Below, one piece after another: positions 11,041 through 24,378 of a stretch of 64,000 nt of DNA (position 1 is its first letter; every line of letters begins with the position of its first letter). A program made the position numbers and the translations under genes. Source of the stretch: Octopus vulgaris. Its lineage: Eukaryota. Where the stretch lies: assembly GCA_951406725.2 (NCBI GenBank), contig OX597827.1, forward strand, positions 58,590,001 through 58,654,000, in the 5' to 3' direction. Under the pieces are notes generated by a model. That model was not told where the DNA came from. It saw only the letters and a list, made by a program, of their open reading frames with translations, and made no database searches.

Positions 11041-11769
11041 GGCAGTACTGGGATTTTAATTCTTCAAATGGAAAGTTTATCTACAATAGTCCAGTGTTCT
11101 CTCCAGGAAGATTTTTAATTCTCATTCAAATAATACCCGAATCATTGTTGGGTGCTGACTTCATGAATACATCGAAAGCATTAGCTGTGTGTGCTTCAAC
11201 AGATCTTTCATTTAGTCTCTAAATAACTTGTGGAGTCACTGTCAAAGAATTTTTTATGTAATTTTCAAGTGTCTTTTTTTCTTAATATCTATCTTTCATG
11301 GTATCATATCTTAAGTAGTTTTTGTAAATCCGGACCTTTTTAAAAATTTTTAGAGCAAGTGTTGCTTATTTTCTTTTTTGTTAAATTTCTTTCTATTATT
11401 ACAGCTGGATATCATATGTAACACTCACCACTCAACTTTGAAGTGGGAAATGATACCTACGTTCATCTAGGTAGGCTGAGGCAAGTACAGTAATGTGTCC
11501 AGAGCACAGTGCAAATGCTAGTAACATGGATCAGCTGTCTAGCGCCTTTATTATCCACTTGCCCTGTCTGTTAACCCAGTTATGTCTGTAGATATTATAG
11601 AGCTAATTAATTGGCTTTATGCTAGTTTTTCCATGCTTTTATAGATTGGAAAGAACAATGTCCTGTGTGTTCCAGTTTTGCTCATAGCACTTAAAATGAC
11701 ATCATATACTTTATTCTTTTTATCTGATATTATTTAAAAAAAAATTTTCCTTCCTTTTCTTTTAAACAG

Positions 11770-11865
11770 CTCCAAGTCCAGGTGACCAATTTTCTGGCAG
11801 CAAACAGGACTGGTGGTCAAGTGAGAACAGATTTTTCATCTTTCCCAACACCTGAATATGCTCGG
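11770..11865 (+). CDS. DCTN1: Dynactin subunit 1 penultimate coding exon
   Basis: ttaaacag/gtatgt. LQVQVTNFLAANRTGGQVRTDFSSFPTPEYAR vs [20 protein letters not shown]. Confidence 0.94.
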
Positions 11866-12141
11866 GTATGTAGTTTTGTTAACTTTTTTTTTTTTTTGTT
11901 ACTACCATATTTCAGTTGAAATACAATGTCTTTGTTTCATTTAATTTTAAAAAAATAATGAAGAACTAGGTTGGTCATTACCTATTGCTATGCTGCTGCT
12001 GGTAAAAATATTTGTTAATCATGCATGTAACTTCATAAATTGTTCATAGTGAAAGTCTTTTGTGAAGTCTGTGTTGCATTGTCTATAAGTCAAAAGACAT
12101 ACAGAAACACACACACACATACAAATAAACAACCAAAGAAA

Positions 12142-12520
12142 CATATACAAATAATACCATGGTCTTCAACATGTAAAAGAAATACATTTATAAGCACAGA
12201 AGGTAAAAAATATATATGCACATATGAAAATACAAAATATACAAAAGGGCCTGTCTGTTAAAAGCATATACAAATCAACTTAAAAAGGGTATCAGAATGA
12301 CTTACTAAAACATATCAATCAGCTCAAAACTTTTTTGATGAGGGGTAAAAAATTTTTTAGTTAATTGATATGATTTAGTAATTCATTTTGATCACCTATT
12401 TCTGGGCAGGCCCTTCTGTATATTTTGTATTTTTATATGTGCATATATATTTTTATCTTCTGTCTTGCTTATATATGTATTTCTTTTACATGTTGAAGGT
12501 CATGGTATTATTTGTATATG
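12142..12520. repeat. Imperfect fold-back (~170-bp arms) in last DCTN1 intron
   Basis: catatacaaataataccatg...gggcctgtc mirrors ggcaggccc...catggtattatttgtatatg. Centre near 12340. Confidence 0.85.
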
Positions 12521-12701
12521 ATGAAATGTATAGAAGCGTGGGGTTATATATATATATAAAGTCATTGGCCCGAATTTGATGTTTACCTGCCTCCCACGAA
12601 ATTGCTGGCCTTGTGCCAAAATTTGAAACCATTATTAATTTATAACTTTCGCTAAAACACATTATCAGCAATTTTTCTTTCTTTTCTCTCTTCCTCTCTA
12701 G

Positions 12702-12848
12702 GTACTAAAAGAGAAAAGTCTGGACAGCCTGGTACTCGGGCGTATATCAATCCCCACTCCAGGCACCCGACCTGAAGTCATACCCGTCAATATCCAACCA
12801 TCTCAACTTCACACGATCCACAACAAACTTATTACAGTTAATCCCTGA
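12702..12848 (+). CDS. DCTN1: Dynactin subunit 1 last coding exon with TGA stop
   Basis: Long pyrimidine tract then tag acceptor. VLKEKSLDSLVLGRISIP...NIQPSQLHTIHNKLITVNP* vs vertebrate C-terminus LTQEQLHQLHSRLIS*. Confidence 0.93.
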   Translation, partial: VLKEKSLDSLVLGRISIPTPGTRPEVIPVNIQPSQLHTIHNKLITVNP

Positions 12849-13193
12849 AGCCAGCCTGTGACAAAACTTAATCCATATACAGATATAAGCTTGTAAATTC
12901 CTACATTTATTGCAATATATATATATATTTAAATGTCTTTTTGTTATATTTAGTCCTTCTTTTTTCATTATTTTTTGTTTCTTTTTGTAAAGGGTTCATT
13001 CATTCTGATCTTCCCTGGTGATCGCCCACCCGTTACTCTACCCTATTTTTCTGTTCCCTCCCCACTAATGGCTGTGGCTACTAAAGCAGTAGCAATCTCT
13101 GTTAAATGTGTTTGGTTTTATTGTCTTTTTTTTTTTTGGTGATGTTAGTATTTGCAGCTTCTCATAATTGCTACGGTTATTCTACATCTTAAG

Positions 13194-13199
13194 AATAAA
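13194..13199 (+). terminator. Candidate proximal poly(A) signal of DCTN1
   Basis: First AATAAA I see after the stop codon (~345 nt downstream). Use not demonstrable. Confidence 0.3.
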
Positions 13200-13805
13200 T
13201 GGCCAGTGACTACAGATAAAGATGATTTTAAATGATAATGTATATGAAATTAAAAAGCAAGACAAAACTCTTAAATATTCTCTGGTTTATGATTGTTGTT
13301 TAACCTTAAGGTTAGACTTGATCAAGCAAACCTATGATCAAAGATGTTCCAGCCATGACTGTCCCATCTGTTACTGTTTTTTTTTTTTATTTTTGCGCAT
13401 TATTTAATGGTCTTCCTTTTTTTTTCAAAGATGATTGGGTGTGATTGAGGGAAATTATGTTGCTTTTTCCTAGCATGTAGAAGTCCCTTTGTTGGCTTAT
13501 CTTCGGGCTGTTGGCTTCGCCTGGTGAAATAGTTTGATATTAGTTTTGGTACAGCTCCCTGCCAACATCACTACTGCCAGTACCAACTAATGCTGCAGTA
13601 TTATGAAAAGACGGTAGATGGCAGAAACTGTAGAGCAGCTGACCACTGTCTTGCAGTATTTAGTTATGTCCCTTCTCATTCTGAGCTAAAATCCTACCAA
13701 GGTTTACTTTAACTTCCATCCTCTTGGAGGGGAGAATGGTTCATTTTACAAGCAACTATATCCTACCTCCAGAACATTGATCTAGAGTCTAGGTTAGAAA
13801 GCATC

Positions 13806-13840
<35 letters not shown>

Positions 13841-13880
13841 TAAATACATACATACATACAAATACTTAAATAAAGATATT

Positions 13881-13911
<31 letters not shown>

Positions 13912-13914
13912 TGT

Positions 13915-14376
13915 TAGGGAGGGCATCCAGCCATAAAAACCATGCCAAAACTGACACAGTAGCCTGGGGTAGTTTTCTACTTGGCTGGTTCCTGTCAAAC
14001 TGTCCAACCCATGCCAGCATGGAAGCCAGTTGTTAAACGATGATGAAATATATGCATACATACATACATCATCATCGTTTAATGTCTGCTTTCCATGCTA
14101 GCATGGGTTGGACGATTTGACTGAAGACTGGCAAATCAGATGGCTGCACCAGGCTCCAATCTGATCTGGCAGAGTTTCTACAGTTGGATGCCCTTCCTAA
14201 CGCCAACTGCTCTGAGAGTGTAGTGGGTGCTTTTATGTGCCACCGGCACAACAGCCAGTCAGGTAGTACTGGCAGCGGCCACGCTCAAGTGGTGATTTTT
14301 ACGTGCCACCTGCACAGGAACCAGTCAAGCAGCACTGGCAACAACCTTGCTCGAATGTTTTCCATGTGCCACCAGC

Positions 14377-14424
<48 letters not shown>

Positions 14425-14852
14425 TACAAGCATACATATATATAAATACATATAGAGAGAGAAACATATATAATGTGAAATATATTATATTAGAATATGT
14501 TATTGTAATTAGGATTATTCAGTATTTCTGTTTCATTATTATTTTCCTATGGTTCTTCCTTCTTTAATCTTTTAATATATATGTGCATTGACCTAATAAC
14601 CATTTGCTGTGGGCCCCCTCGGGATTTGTAGTCATGCAAACTGCATGATGGCCTCATAAGTGCTGGCACCATGTAAAAAGCTCCCAGTACACACTGCAAT
14701 GTGGTTGGCACTAGGAAGGGCATCCAACCTTAGAAACCATGCCAAATCTGACACTGGAGCACTGTGCAGTCAGTCCATGGGTCCAGCAGATACTGTCAAA
14801 CCATCTACCCCACGTTAGCATAGAACATAGATATTAAATGATGATGATGATG
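13915..14852. mobile_element. Cluster of three (GAT)n-tail SINE copies in +/-/+ orientation
   Basis: 13915-14045 (+), 14067-14378 (-), 14660-14852 (+). Confidence 0.8.
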
Positions 14853-16713
14853 AAGTCAACTTCTGAAATATCTTGATTCCCTTCAAATAAACACGGTCTT
14901 GGCAGAATTGTTACCATGCTGGGCAAAATGCTTAGCAGCATTTCATCCATCCTTATGTTCTGTGTTCAAATTCCGCCGAGGTCGACTTTGCCTTTCATCC
15001 TTTCAGGATCTATAAATTAATTACCAGTGAAACACTGGGGTGAATGCAATTGACTGATCCTCCTCCCCTGAAATTTCAGACCTTTAGTAGAAAGGATTAC
15101 CGTTTAATAATTTTACTCCTCTTCCATTTATCTTTTTTTCATCATAAATTAAAGATGATGTAATTGCATCATTGTAAACGTGTAGAATACTAATGGCCAT
15201 TTAAAACACAGATGCTGTTATCACCTTTGTTTTATTTATTTTGTATTAGTATCAAAGTCTTTCATTGTATATCTGTACCATTGTGGTTGATAATCTATTC
15301 TATATAATAGTGGTTATAAATGAAAAGAAGACAACCTGTAATGCTGGAAGCTGCCATAATGTAACTGAAAGAAAAGTGAGGTCTCTTTTATGAGTGTGCA
15401 TAAATTATGATTTACATTTTCTCCTTGTTTAAAAATATGACTTCAGAATTAAAAGAAGCAAAATTTGTTCTTGTTTGGCATGTTAAACTATAATTTACTA
15501 CTTCATAGTAACCCATGTAACATTCTGGATGGGACTACTGCAGTAAACTTCATTTTGACATAATTGTCCAACCTTGTTACATATTCCTATGTTAGGATAT
15601 TACATTAAGGATACAAGTATTCTAAAAAATACTCAACCACTTGTACAACTGGGATTATTCAACATCAGATTTTACCTAGGAGCCAGTTATTTTTTCTTTC
15701 ACTATTCGGATGGTGCTTTTTATGTGCCACTGGCACAGGAGCCAGTCGGGGCGGCGCTGGCATTGGCCACGTTGTATATATATATATATGTATGTGTGTG
15801 TATATGTTTGTGTGTCTGTGTTTGTCCCCCCAACATCGCTTAACAACTGATGGTGGTGTGTTTACAACCCCGTAACTTAGCAGTTCGGCAAAAGAGACCA
15901 ATAGAATAAGTACTAGGCTTCCAAGGAATGTCCTGGGGTTGATTTGCTCGACTAAAGGCGGTGCTCCAGCATGGCCATAGTCGAATGGCCGAAAGAAGTA
16001 AAAGAGTAACTATCAGCTGAGTCCCTTGTGAAGATGGCCCCTCTACTTTCCTTCAACCAGGAAAGGTAACCAGTTTTTATCTGCTTGAGGCCCAGGGTAA
16101 AGGGGATCATATAGTAGACATGGCTGAAAGGGCTAAAGACCAGCAGTTGTATTTTTGTCAAGACCTTAATAATCTTTTACAGGTTTCACTTAAAGAGGAA
16201 AATCAGGGTGGAGAGGTAAGGGCTGCCTTGCAATCAGTTTGTTGAAAGGTGGGTGAGAGAGGTGAGCATTACCTGCGTGAATGGGCCTTCTCTTCGTGTA
16301 TACCTGTATATTGGAGAGGAAAGGCTGAGAGAGGGCATCCACCCTGGTAGTCAGGGAGACCATGGATTTTGTGGGCTTTCTTTACGTGTAGCCCTTGAAA
16401 GTCCCTCCACTCTCAGGGGTTTTACTTTGACTTTGTTTCATTCATTGTATGACATTTTACATGCTAAACCCACACTGTACCCTCCTGCATATTTTCCTTT
16501 GTGTTCGCCCTCTGTGGCTAATAAAGAAATTATTATAAATTATTTCCTTACTGTTTATCTTCAAATGAATGTCTGCAGCTTTAAGGTTGGCATTAGCAAA
16601 TTTCCAAGTCATACATTCCTTAGTTCCATCTGTGATTGAAAGATGCGAAGTATTTACAATATGTGTCACTTTATAGTAATGGCCATTTAAGCATGTCCTG
16701 TCACATTCATTTT

Positions 16714-16750
<37 letters not shown>

Positions 16751-17469
16751 GAGAGAGAGAATGCATGTGAAAATGTGATATTTGTTCTGGCTCTCATCGA
16801 TGCCAGCATTCTTTTCACCCCCGTCAGGGTTGAGAAACCACCTGGCCAGTGCTGGTGTAGGGTATTTTGCTGGGCCAAAGGTGGGACACTCAAGAGAATC
16901 TGTGTCTGCTGACAGCTATGTGGGCACCTAAAACTGTTTACCAAATCATGACACAAATCATGGTACAAGTGACAACCATGTGTGTGTGGGTGCATGTAAA
17001 ATTATGTACAGTAATGCTTTTACTGCTTTAATCATATATTTAACATTTCTGTTCTGAATGTAAAGAAATTGATATAGCAAAAATCTCATTCAACTAAATA
17101 TATCTCTCAGATTAAAACACACACTAGTTTTATTTTATATATATATTTTTCTTTATTATTTTGGCTTCTAATATCTCTATTTTGATAACCATTCTTCTCT
17201 CCTATTTCAGTTCATTAATAAGTTGCTTTTTCTCTCCAGATTCAGCTCCTCTAGTTCAGTGTTAAAAGTGTTAAGAACCTCTCTATACCCTACTGTTTCC
17301 TTTCACTTGCTCATCAATTTCAGCCAAAATATTGTTGAGGTGTTTATACCCTATTACTTCTGTATTGTATCCATGGCAAAGATTCTTCCCTTTGGCCTAC
17401 TTCATTTAGCTGTATGTAAGTACCACAAGGTGGTATAAGACCATTGGGAATAAGATGGTATAAGAGGCA

Positions 17470-17554
17470 TATGGGAATGGCAACACTATAGAAACTGATG
17501 AGTGTTTTGCTATGGGAATGGCAACACTATAGAAACTGATGAGTGTTTTGCTAT
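17470..17554. repeat. Exact 41-bp tandem duplication
   Basis: tatgggaatggcaacactatagaaactgatgagtgttttgc twice. Confidence 0.9.
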
Positions 17555-19654
17555 TTGTGGTGTTGGCCTGGAGAGGTCAGTAGGGTACCGCTCAAGTGTA
17601 TTTCTCTCATATCACATACACAAAAAAAACGTCTTTAGTGGATACGCTAATGACCAGATAGAACTGTTGACCATCTGCTGTTTCATAGTAAGTTCCTGAC
17701 TTAATCCATCCCCTGTTTTTATGTCACCAACTAACTCTTGAATGTGTTTAGTGGAATCCAGTCTGTTACAAGCATTTGGAACTGGTCCCTGATCTAAGGA
17801 TAACCCACAAGTCGTAGCCTCCATTTTTCTTTCTTTCTTCCCCCCGACCCCTACTGCAAGTTTCTAAATTCTTGTCAAAGTATCCTGTAGGCTGCCCTTC
17901 CTCCTCTGACTAAAACAAAATTTTTTTTCAAAAAACGAAACCGGTGAAGTTGTTTCACTTATACATTTAGAGTGTAAGCATGAATTTTACAACATCCCAT
18001 TTTTCTCTACCCCTAATCTAAAAATCTTGGGCTTTATGCAAATGTAAGAAATAATCATATTTGAGCAGTGTGGTTTGGCTTGCTGCTACTATTATTATTA
18101 TTATCGTTATTATTATTTCATTGTTGCTTTCAAAGCTTTCCCATCAAAAGGGAATGAGTGATTGCCAAACCTTCTAAACACTGCATATTCCCAGCTATTC
18201 TCCACTTTGCTATCAATTTGCAGAAATATTGCCTTGAATGATTTGATTGATTAAAGAGAAAATATGGATTAGGTAATTTAAAATCTGCCAAGATTAATTT
18301 ATATTTTCATCCTTCCAAGATGAGAGTACTTTTAAGTACTGGGGTTGATTCAATTGACTAACCCTTTTCCCTAAATTTGTGGTGTGGTGCCTATGTAAGA
18401 AATTATTAATATTATCATTGTTATTTGTCTGTGTTGTATTCTGCTAATTGGTAAATTCTTTAGAAGTGGTGAAATAAATATACTAGACATTTTTTTTTCA
18501 TTATTATCTGATCTGATAAAAAAAAATAACACAAAAAACCCAAAACAAAAATTGATTTTTCAAAATTCCTTAAATTAAAAAAAAAATGTAATCATTTACC
18601 AACAGATAGTTGAATCAAGACTATACCATGCTACCTCCTGTCTCGAAATCTAATTTTATTCGGTCATTTCTTCTGTAGCTAATCTTTAAAAAAGAAAAAA
18701 AAGAAAAAAAATTTTAAAAAAAGCACATCAAAATTCATTGTTATTTGAAAAGTGAAATATTGCTAAGGGTTGTTGTTGATGTTGTTGTTAGTTGTTTTTC
18801 TTTTTACACTCCCCCCTCCCCCCCAGTACTTTTGTTCTAAAAAGAATTTCTAATCTTTCTGCTATTATAATTTATTCGGCGTTTTCATTCATTCCCCCTG
18901 GGGCAAATAAAATAAAGTACCAGTCAAGTACTGAAGGCGGTGCCAATGGTATCGGCTAAACCCAATCCCTCGAAATTACTGGCTTTGTCCCCTAAATTAG
19001 GTTGTGAGTTGGCAGAACCATTAGCATGTCAGACAAAATGCTTTGTGGCATTTCGTCTATCTTTGTTTTCTGAGTTCAAATTCTGCCAAGGTTTATTTTG
19101 CCTTTCATTGGATCCCACCTCCCCCAGCCAAGTTGATGTAATCGACTAACTCCCTTCTCCCTATAAAATTTCAGGCCTTATGTTCATTGTAGGGAGGATT
19201 ATTATTTAAAATCTTGTTGTGGTCAACTTTAATCTTCATTAATCCAGGACAGATACTTAAACCAGTCAAGTTACTAGGATTGATCTTATCAGTTGCTATT
19301 TCTGCCCCCTCCCCACTTAACTTTTGAAGTCTTGAAATTATGGCAAATTATTGAACTTTTGCCTTTTATCCTTTTGGTGGGGGCACGTGGCCTAGTGGTT
19401 ACAGTGTTGCATTGATGATTGTAAGGTCATGGGTGCATTGTGTTTTTTGAGTAAAACACTTCATTTTATGTTGCTTCTGTCCACTCAGCTGTAAATCATC
19501 AACTGGTCGTACTGCTTATACAGATTCCATTGACTGTCTGCCACCATCCAGTTTTTATATTTGAATTGGAAGCTTCAGCCACAATGAATCTCTCATTAGA
19601 TGATTACGCAACCATGGACGCCACCCCTACAGATGCATTGCAGTTACTCTTATT

Positions 19655-19970
19655 GAGCTTGGTGGTCCTGATTGTTGATCTTCTAGGATCCCTCTGCTCA
19701 GCATCAGTGTAAGAAGCACCATTGGCTCAGTTGAGCTCTTCTGCTACCCTTTCACAATCCACTATGTTGCAGTCCCCATGACTTTACCATATCCCTGGCA
19801 GGGTGGCAGAACTGGTATTCTTGATAGAGCTTGGTAATCCTGACCATTGATCTTCTAAGATTCCTCCGCTCAGCATCAGTGTAAGAAGCACCATTGGCTC
19901 AGCTGAGCGCTTCCACTGCCTCTTCACAATCTATTATGCTGTAATCCCATTGACTTTCTGTATCCCTTGT
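19655..19970. repeat. Diverged tandem duplication, period ~172 bp
   Basis: gagcttggt...gctcagcatcagtgtaagaagcaccattggctcag occurs at ~19655 and ~19827. Confidence 0.85.
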
Positions 19971-20895
19971 GAAAGGGCCATCCCATTGCTATGCAGAGCC
20001 TGATTATCACTCATTGAGGTAAAGTACCTGCATACCCAGCTGTAAATGAGCACTGGCCATAATTAAGAAGTTAACCTTGCAACTGACCGGTGTCCAATTC
20101 AGGGCTGGGGTGGTGGAGAGGCTGTAATCTCAGTCACTTATACACTATGGAAACTGGGTGAAGCTCTGAGTCCTGGAGCTCATGATTAGAGCTAAGCTAA
20201 GATAAATTAAGTACCAGTCAAATTGCTGGTGTCAATATAATCAACTGTTCTGTGTGCCCAAAATGAGAGGCCATGTACCTATGTTAGAAATCATTATTAT
20301 TATTATTATTATTATTAAGGTAGAAAGATGGCAGAATTCTTAGCACATAAGACGAAATACTTAATGGCATTTCTTGTGGCTTTTTGTTCTGAGTTAAATT
20401 CCATTTTAGATAGACCTTGCTTTTCATCTTTCAGCATTGATGAAATAAGTTACCAGTTAAACACTGGGGTCAAAGGCCCTCCCCACAAACATTTCAGGCC
20501 TTGTCCTATAGTATAGAAGAGGTTGTTATTAATGAGGTGGTTTGGCAGAATCATTAGATTGGAGATTCTCATTCATTTTTTTTTAATCTATTGATCCCTT
20601 TGATTGCTATTTTATTCTGATGGACCTCAATAGCCAGTCAATGTTTAAAAACTAGTTTTATAGAAACTTCTTTCAAAATTCCTATCTTGTTTTTCACACA
20701 TTAACTTTTGTAAGTTGAATTGTGTAAAATGTTAGAGAAACCTAGCTGTTTCTTGCAATACATACCAGTACACACATCTAAAGCAAAATTTTTTTTCAGG
20801 GGCCCTTAAAATACTATTATGGATCCCCAATTATTTTGTTGCGTGGACCCTTGGGAGCCATATGTACTCTGATTGGGAACCACTGCCTTAGAACG

Positions 20896-21160
20896 CTTTT
20901 TACTTGACTTGAGACAGCATTCACCCGGGGTGGGTTGAACTGGCTTCATTCATCCTCAGTGCTGCATCTCACAAACGCTGACCAGGCCTGGCAATTTGAG
21001 GTTAACGACCGCGTGATCTCCAACCACTCCTTATTCCAGTGGCAAATGCCGTAGATATGGGGGCCTAGGTTGGGTTCCAGATCAGCCTTGACTGTCATCA
21101 GGCAGGTTTTTCATTGTCCACCACATCGCTTTCACCAACCCTGAATGCTGGAGAAACAAC
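20896..21160 (-). mobile_element. 3' end of RTE-clade LINE
   Basis: Minus strand KTCLMTVKADLEPNLGPHIYGICHWNKEWLEITRSLTSNCQAWSAFVR resembles RTE C-termini. Short caagt repeat tail. Confidence 0.7.
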
Positions 21161-21860
21161 AACACTTGTAGTTTTTCTTTAGTCTCAGTGATGCTTCTAT
21201 AAGCTATAAGGTGTTGCAACATAAAGATAGTATCTGAAATTGAGAAACCAATTTTAAAAGAGTTTCCTTGGTTTTATGTTATGATGGAAGTTCTGAATTC
21301 AATTTTTGATTGGGTAAAATTTGCACTTCCTCACTTCTGGTTGGGTGGAGGTAGTGAAATAAAGTACTTACCTAGTATTGAGGGACAGGGGGTGATTTAG
21401 TCAGTTATATGCACCTTCCCAAGAATTTCTGCCTTTCTGCCAAACTTAGAAACCATTTTTATTTTATTTATTTTTCAATTTAAGAACTTTCCCTTTTTAA
21501 TTATTCTGTTATCCAATTAAAAAAATTCCTCATTGTTTTAATTATGAACAGTTCTTTCATGTAATTAACCCGTTTTTTTTCTTGATTACTTTTGTTAGTA
21601 AAATGTTAAAGGAGTAATGCTGTAAGTCCAGTATCTTTACATACTTTTGAAGGCTTACTATTCCCTTCCTACCTATCTTCCACCTCCCCCCCTCTCTCTC
21701 GCTTGTCTTCTTCCCCCTCTCTCATTTATCGGGTTTATCAGTCCTGTAATTGACTTTGTATATATTTTGCTGCACATCATGTTGTATCTGTGACTAACAT
21801 ACATAGTCGTGTGTATGTTTGTGTGCTTTTTTTTCTTTTTTAAGTGAAAAATGTACAATA

Positions 21861-22255
21861 GGCGCAGGCCTGGCTGTGTGGTAAGAAGCTTACTTCCCAA
21901 CCACATGGTTCTGGGTTCAGTCCCACTGCGTAGCACCTTGAACAAGTGTCTTCTATTATAGTTCTTGGCCAACCAAAGCCTTCTGAGTGGATTTGGTTGA
22001 CAGAAACTGAAAGAAGCCCATCATATATATTTATGTATGTGTGTGTCTGTGTTTGTGTGTCCCCCTCCCCCCTTTGCTTGACAACCGATGGTGGTGTGTT
22101 TCTGTCCCCGTAACTTAGCGGTTTGGCAACAGAGACTGATAGAATAAGTACTAGGCTTACAAAGAATAAGTCCTGGGGTTGATTTCTTCGACTAAAACCC
22201 TTTAAGGCAGTGCTCCAGCATGGCCGCAGTCAAATGACTGAAATGTGTAAAAGAG
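21861..22255 (+). mobile_element. tRNA-derived SINE family A, full length
   Basis: Head ggcgcaggcctggctgtgtggtaag, tail ccagcatggccgcagtcaaatgactgaaa...aaaaga. Confidence 0.9.
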
Positions 22256-22656
22256 TAATATTTCAATGTTTGTAAGCAAATGTGTTATTTTTTTTCATAT
22301 TTCAATTAACTTTTCAAAAATGATTTTTATAAAATCGTTAGCTTTTCACAGTTTTATATTACCACCACGGCCATTTCAAGTTCTTCTGTAAGTTAAAAAA
22401 AAAATTACTCCTTCTTGTATCCCATACTTCATACAGCAACCCTTTAAATCCAAACTTTTTAATTATCATTGCTGGTGTGTTTTTGTTTTCTGATTTTTAA
22501 ATTCCATTTAGGACATGAAAGTTGAACATTTTTCAAAACCTAGTTTAAAAGTCTTTTTGTTCTAATGTTTTAGCTTCATGGAGGAAGCATCGCAGCCATG
22601 GCCCTTTCTAATGTCTCTGTCGGGAGGACTGTCCTCAGACTAGAAACTTATCCCAA

Positions 22657-22887
22657 GGCGGCGATCTGACAGAAACGTTAGCATGCTGAGTGAAATGCTT
22701 TGCAGTATTTTGTCTGCCGCTACCTTCTGAGTTCAAATTCCGCCGAGGTCGACTTTGCCTTTCATCCTTTCGGGGTCGATTAAATAAGTACCAGTTACAC
22801 ACTGGGGTCGATATAATCGACTTAATCCGTTTGTTTGTCCTTGTTTGTCCCCTCTGTGTGTAGCCCCATGTGGGCAGTAAAGAAATA
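22657..22887 (+). mobile_element. tRNA-derived SINE family B with 15-bp target site duplication
   Basis: ggcggcga...gagttcaaattcc...gcctttcatcctttcggggtcgat..aagtaccag (MetaSINE-like core, from memory). agaaacttatcccaa on both sides. Confidence 0.9.
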
Positions 22888-23969
22888 AGAAACTTATCCC
22901 AAATGCTTGCAACAGAACTGATTCTATTAATAGAACAACTCAAAGGTCAGGTTGTTGTGGTGGTGATGGTAGTGATGTAAAACACTATAACAGATTTGGT
23001 CAACAACTGAAGAACAAGGATGATCCTTTCCATAGTCTACCTCACAGTTTCCGTCTTCTAAATTTCCCTTATGAGACCTTAGTTGACTCCAAGGTTATGT
23101 TAGAAGACATTTACCCAAGGGGCTGTGAGGTGGAATTGAACCCATAACCACAGAGTTATGAAATGGACTTCTCAACTGCATAATCATAACCATGCTTGCT
23201 GCCTTTATATTATTGCTATAAGGTGGTGAGCTGGCAAAATCATCAGTGTATCGGGCAAAATGCTTGATGGCATTTCTTCTTACCCTTTAAAGCATTGTGC
23301 TCAAATCCCACCAAGGTCAACTTTGCCTTTCATTCTTTCAGGGTTGATGAAACAGAGTACCAGTCAAGTACTGGGACGTTGGTGTAATCAATTAACCCCC
23401 TCCCCTAGGAAATCTACTGCCCTTCTGCCACAATTTTAAACAATTATATTGCTGCTTCCATGTATGTACTTTGTTGTTATGCTAGAATGTAATGAGAAGA
23501 CTCACAGCAAAGACATTTGTCTCTTGCAAATCAAGACTATTTTAAATGGGTTTTAAAAGGGATAAAAAGACCCTAATGAACTTTGTTATTAAACTTTTGT
23601 TGGTGGTGGGAGGAACTGCTCTCAGACTTGGAAACTTGTCCCAAAATGCTTGCGACAGAACTGACTCTATTAAGCAACAATCCAAGGACCAGGTTATGGT
23701 GGTGGTTATCTCAGGTTAGTGAACTTTGTGAAAGATATAACAAGAGACTGCAATAAGTGGCATGAAGTGGTTCTGGAGAAGAGCATGGAAAAGTAAATAG
23801 AAAATGATGATGAGGATGATTTATTACTATTGGTATTTTAGGTGATTCATAATAGCTGTGCTTTAAATAAATAATTTTTTTTCTTTTTCAAGCTAAGAGG
23901 TCTGTAAACAGTTTTGTACCCTGGTATGACATTCATGTACTCCTCAATGAAAGGAAAAAAAAAAAACTA

Positions 23970-24378
23970 GACATAGGTATGGCTGTGTGGTAAGAAGCTT
24001 GCTTCTCAACCACATAGTTCCAGGTTCAGTCCCACTGTATGACACCATAGCCAAGTGTCTTCTATTATATCCTCAGGCTGACCAAAGCCTTGTGAGTGGA
24101 TTAGGTAGATGGAAACTTAAAGTAGCCTGTCATATATATACACACACACACACTCACATATGTTTGTCTTTGTGTCTGAGTTTGGTTCTCAAGCAATGGT
24201 GGCAGGGAACAATGTTGGTGTGTTTACATCCCCATAACTTAATGGTTCAGCAAAACAGACTGATAGAATAATTACTAGGCTTACAAAGAATAAGATCTAG
24301 GGTTGATTTCTTCGACTAAAAACCTTTAAGGCAGTGTTCCAGCATGGCTGCAGTCAAATGACCGAAACGTGTAAAAGA
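23970..24378 (+). mobile_element. SINE family A, CpG-decayed
   Basis: Colinear with 21861 copy with many CG>TG/CA changes. Confidence 0.88.

Noticed and set aside
17612-17824. Minus-strand ORF as a host gene exon
   Set aside because: No recognisable homology or splice pattern; more likely a decayed retroelement.
21080-21105. CTGATGA with hairpin on the minus strand as a hammerhead
   Set aside because: No GAAA or stem III; lies in RTE coding remnant.
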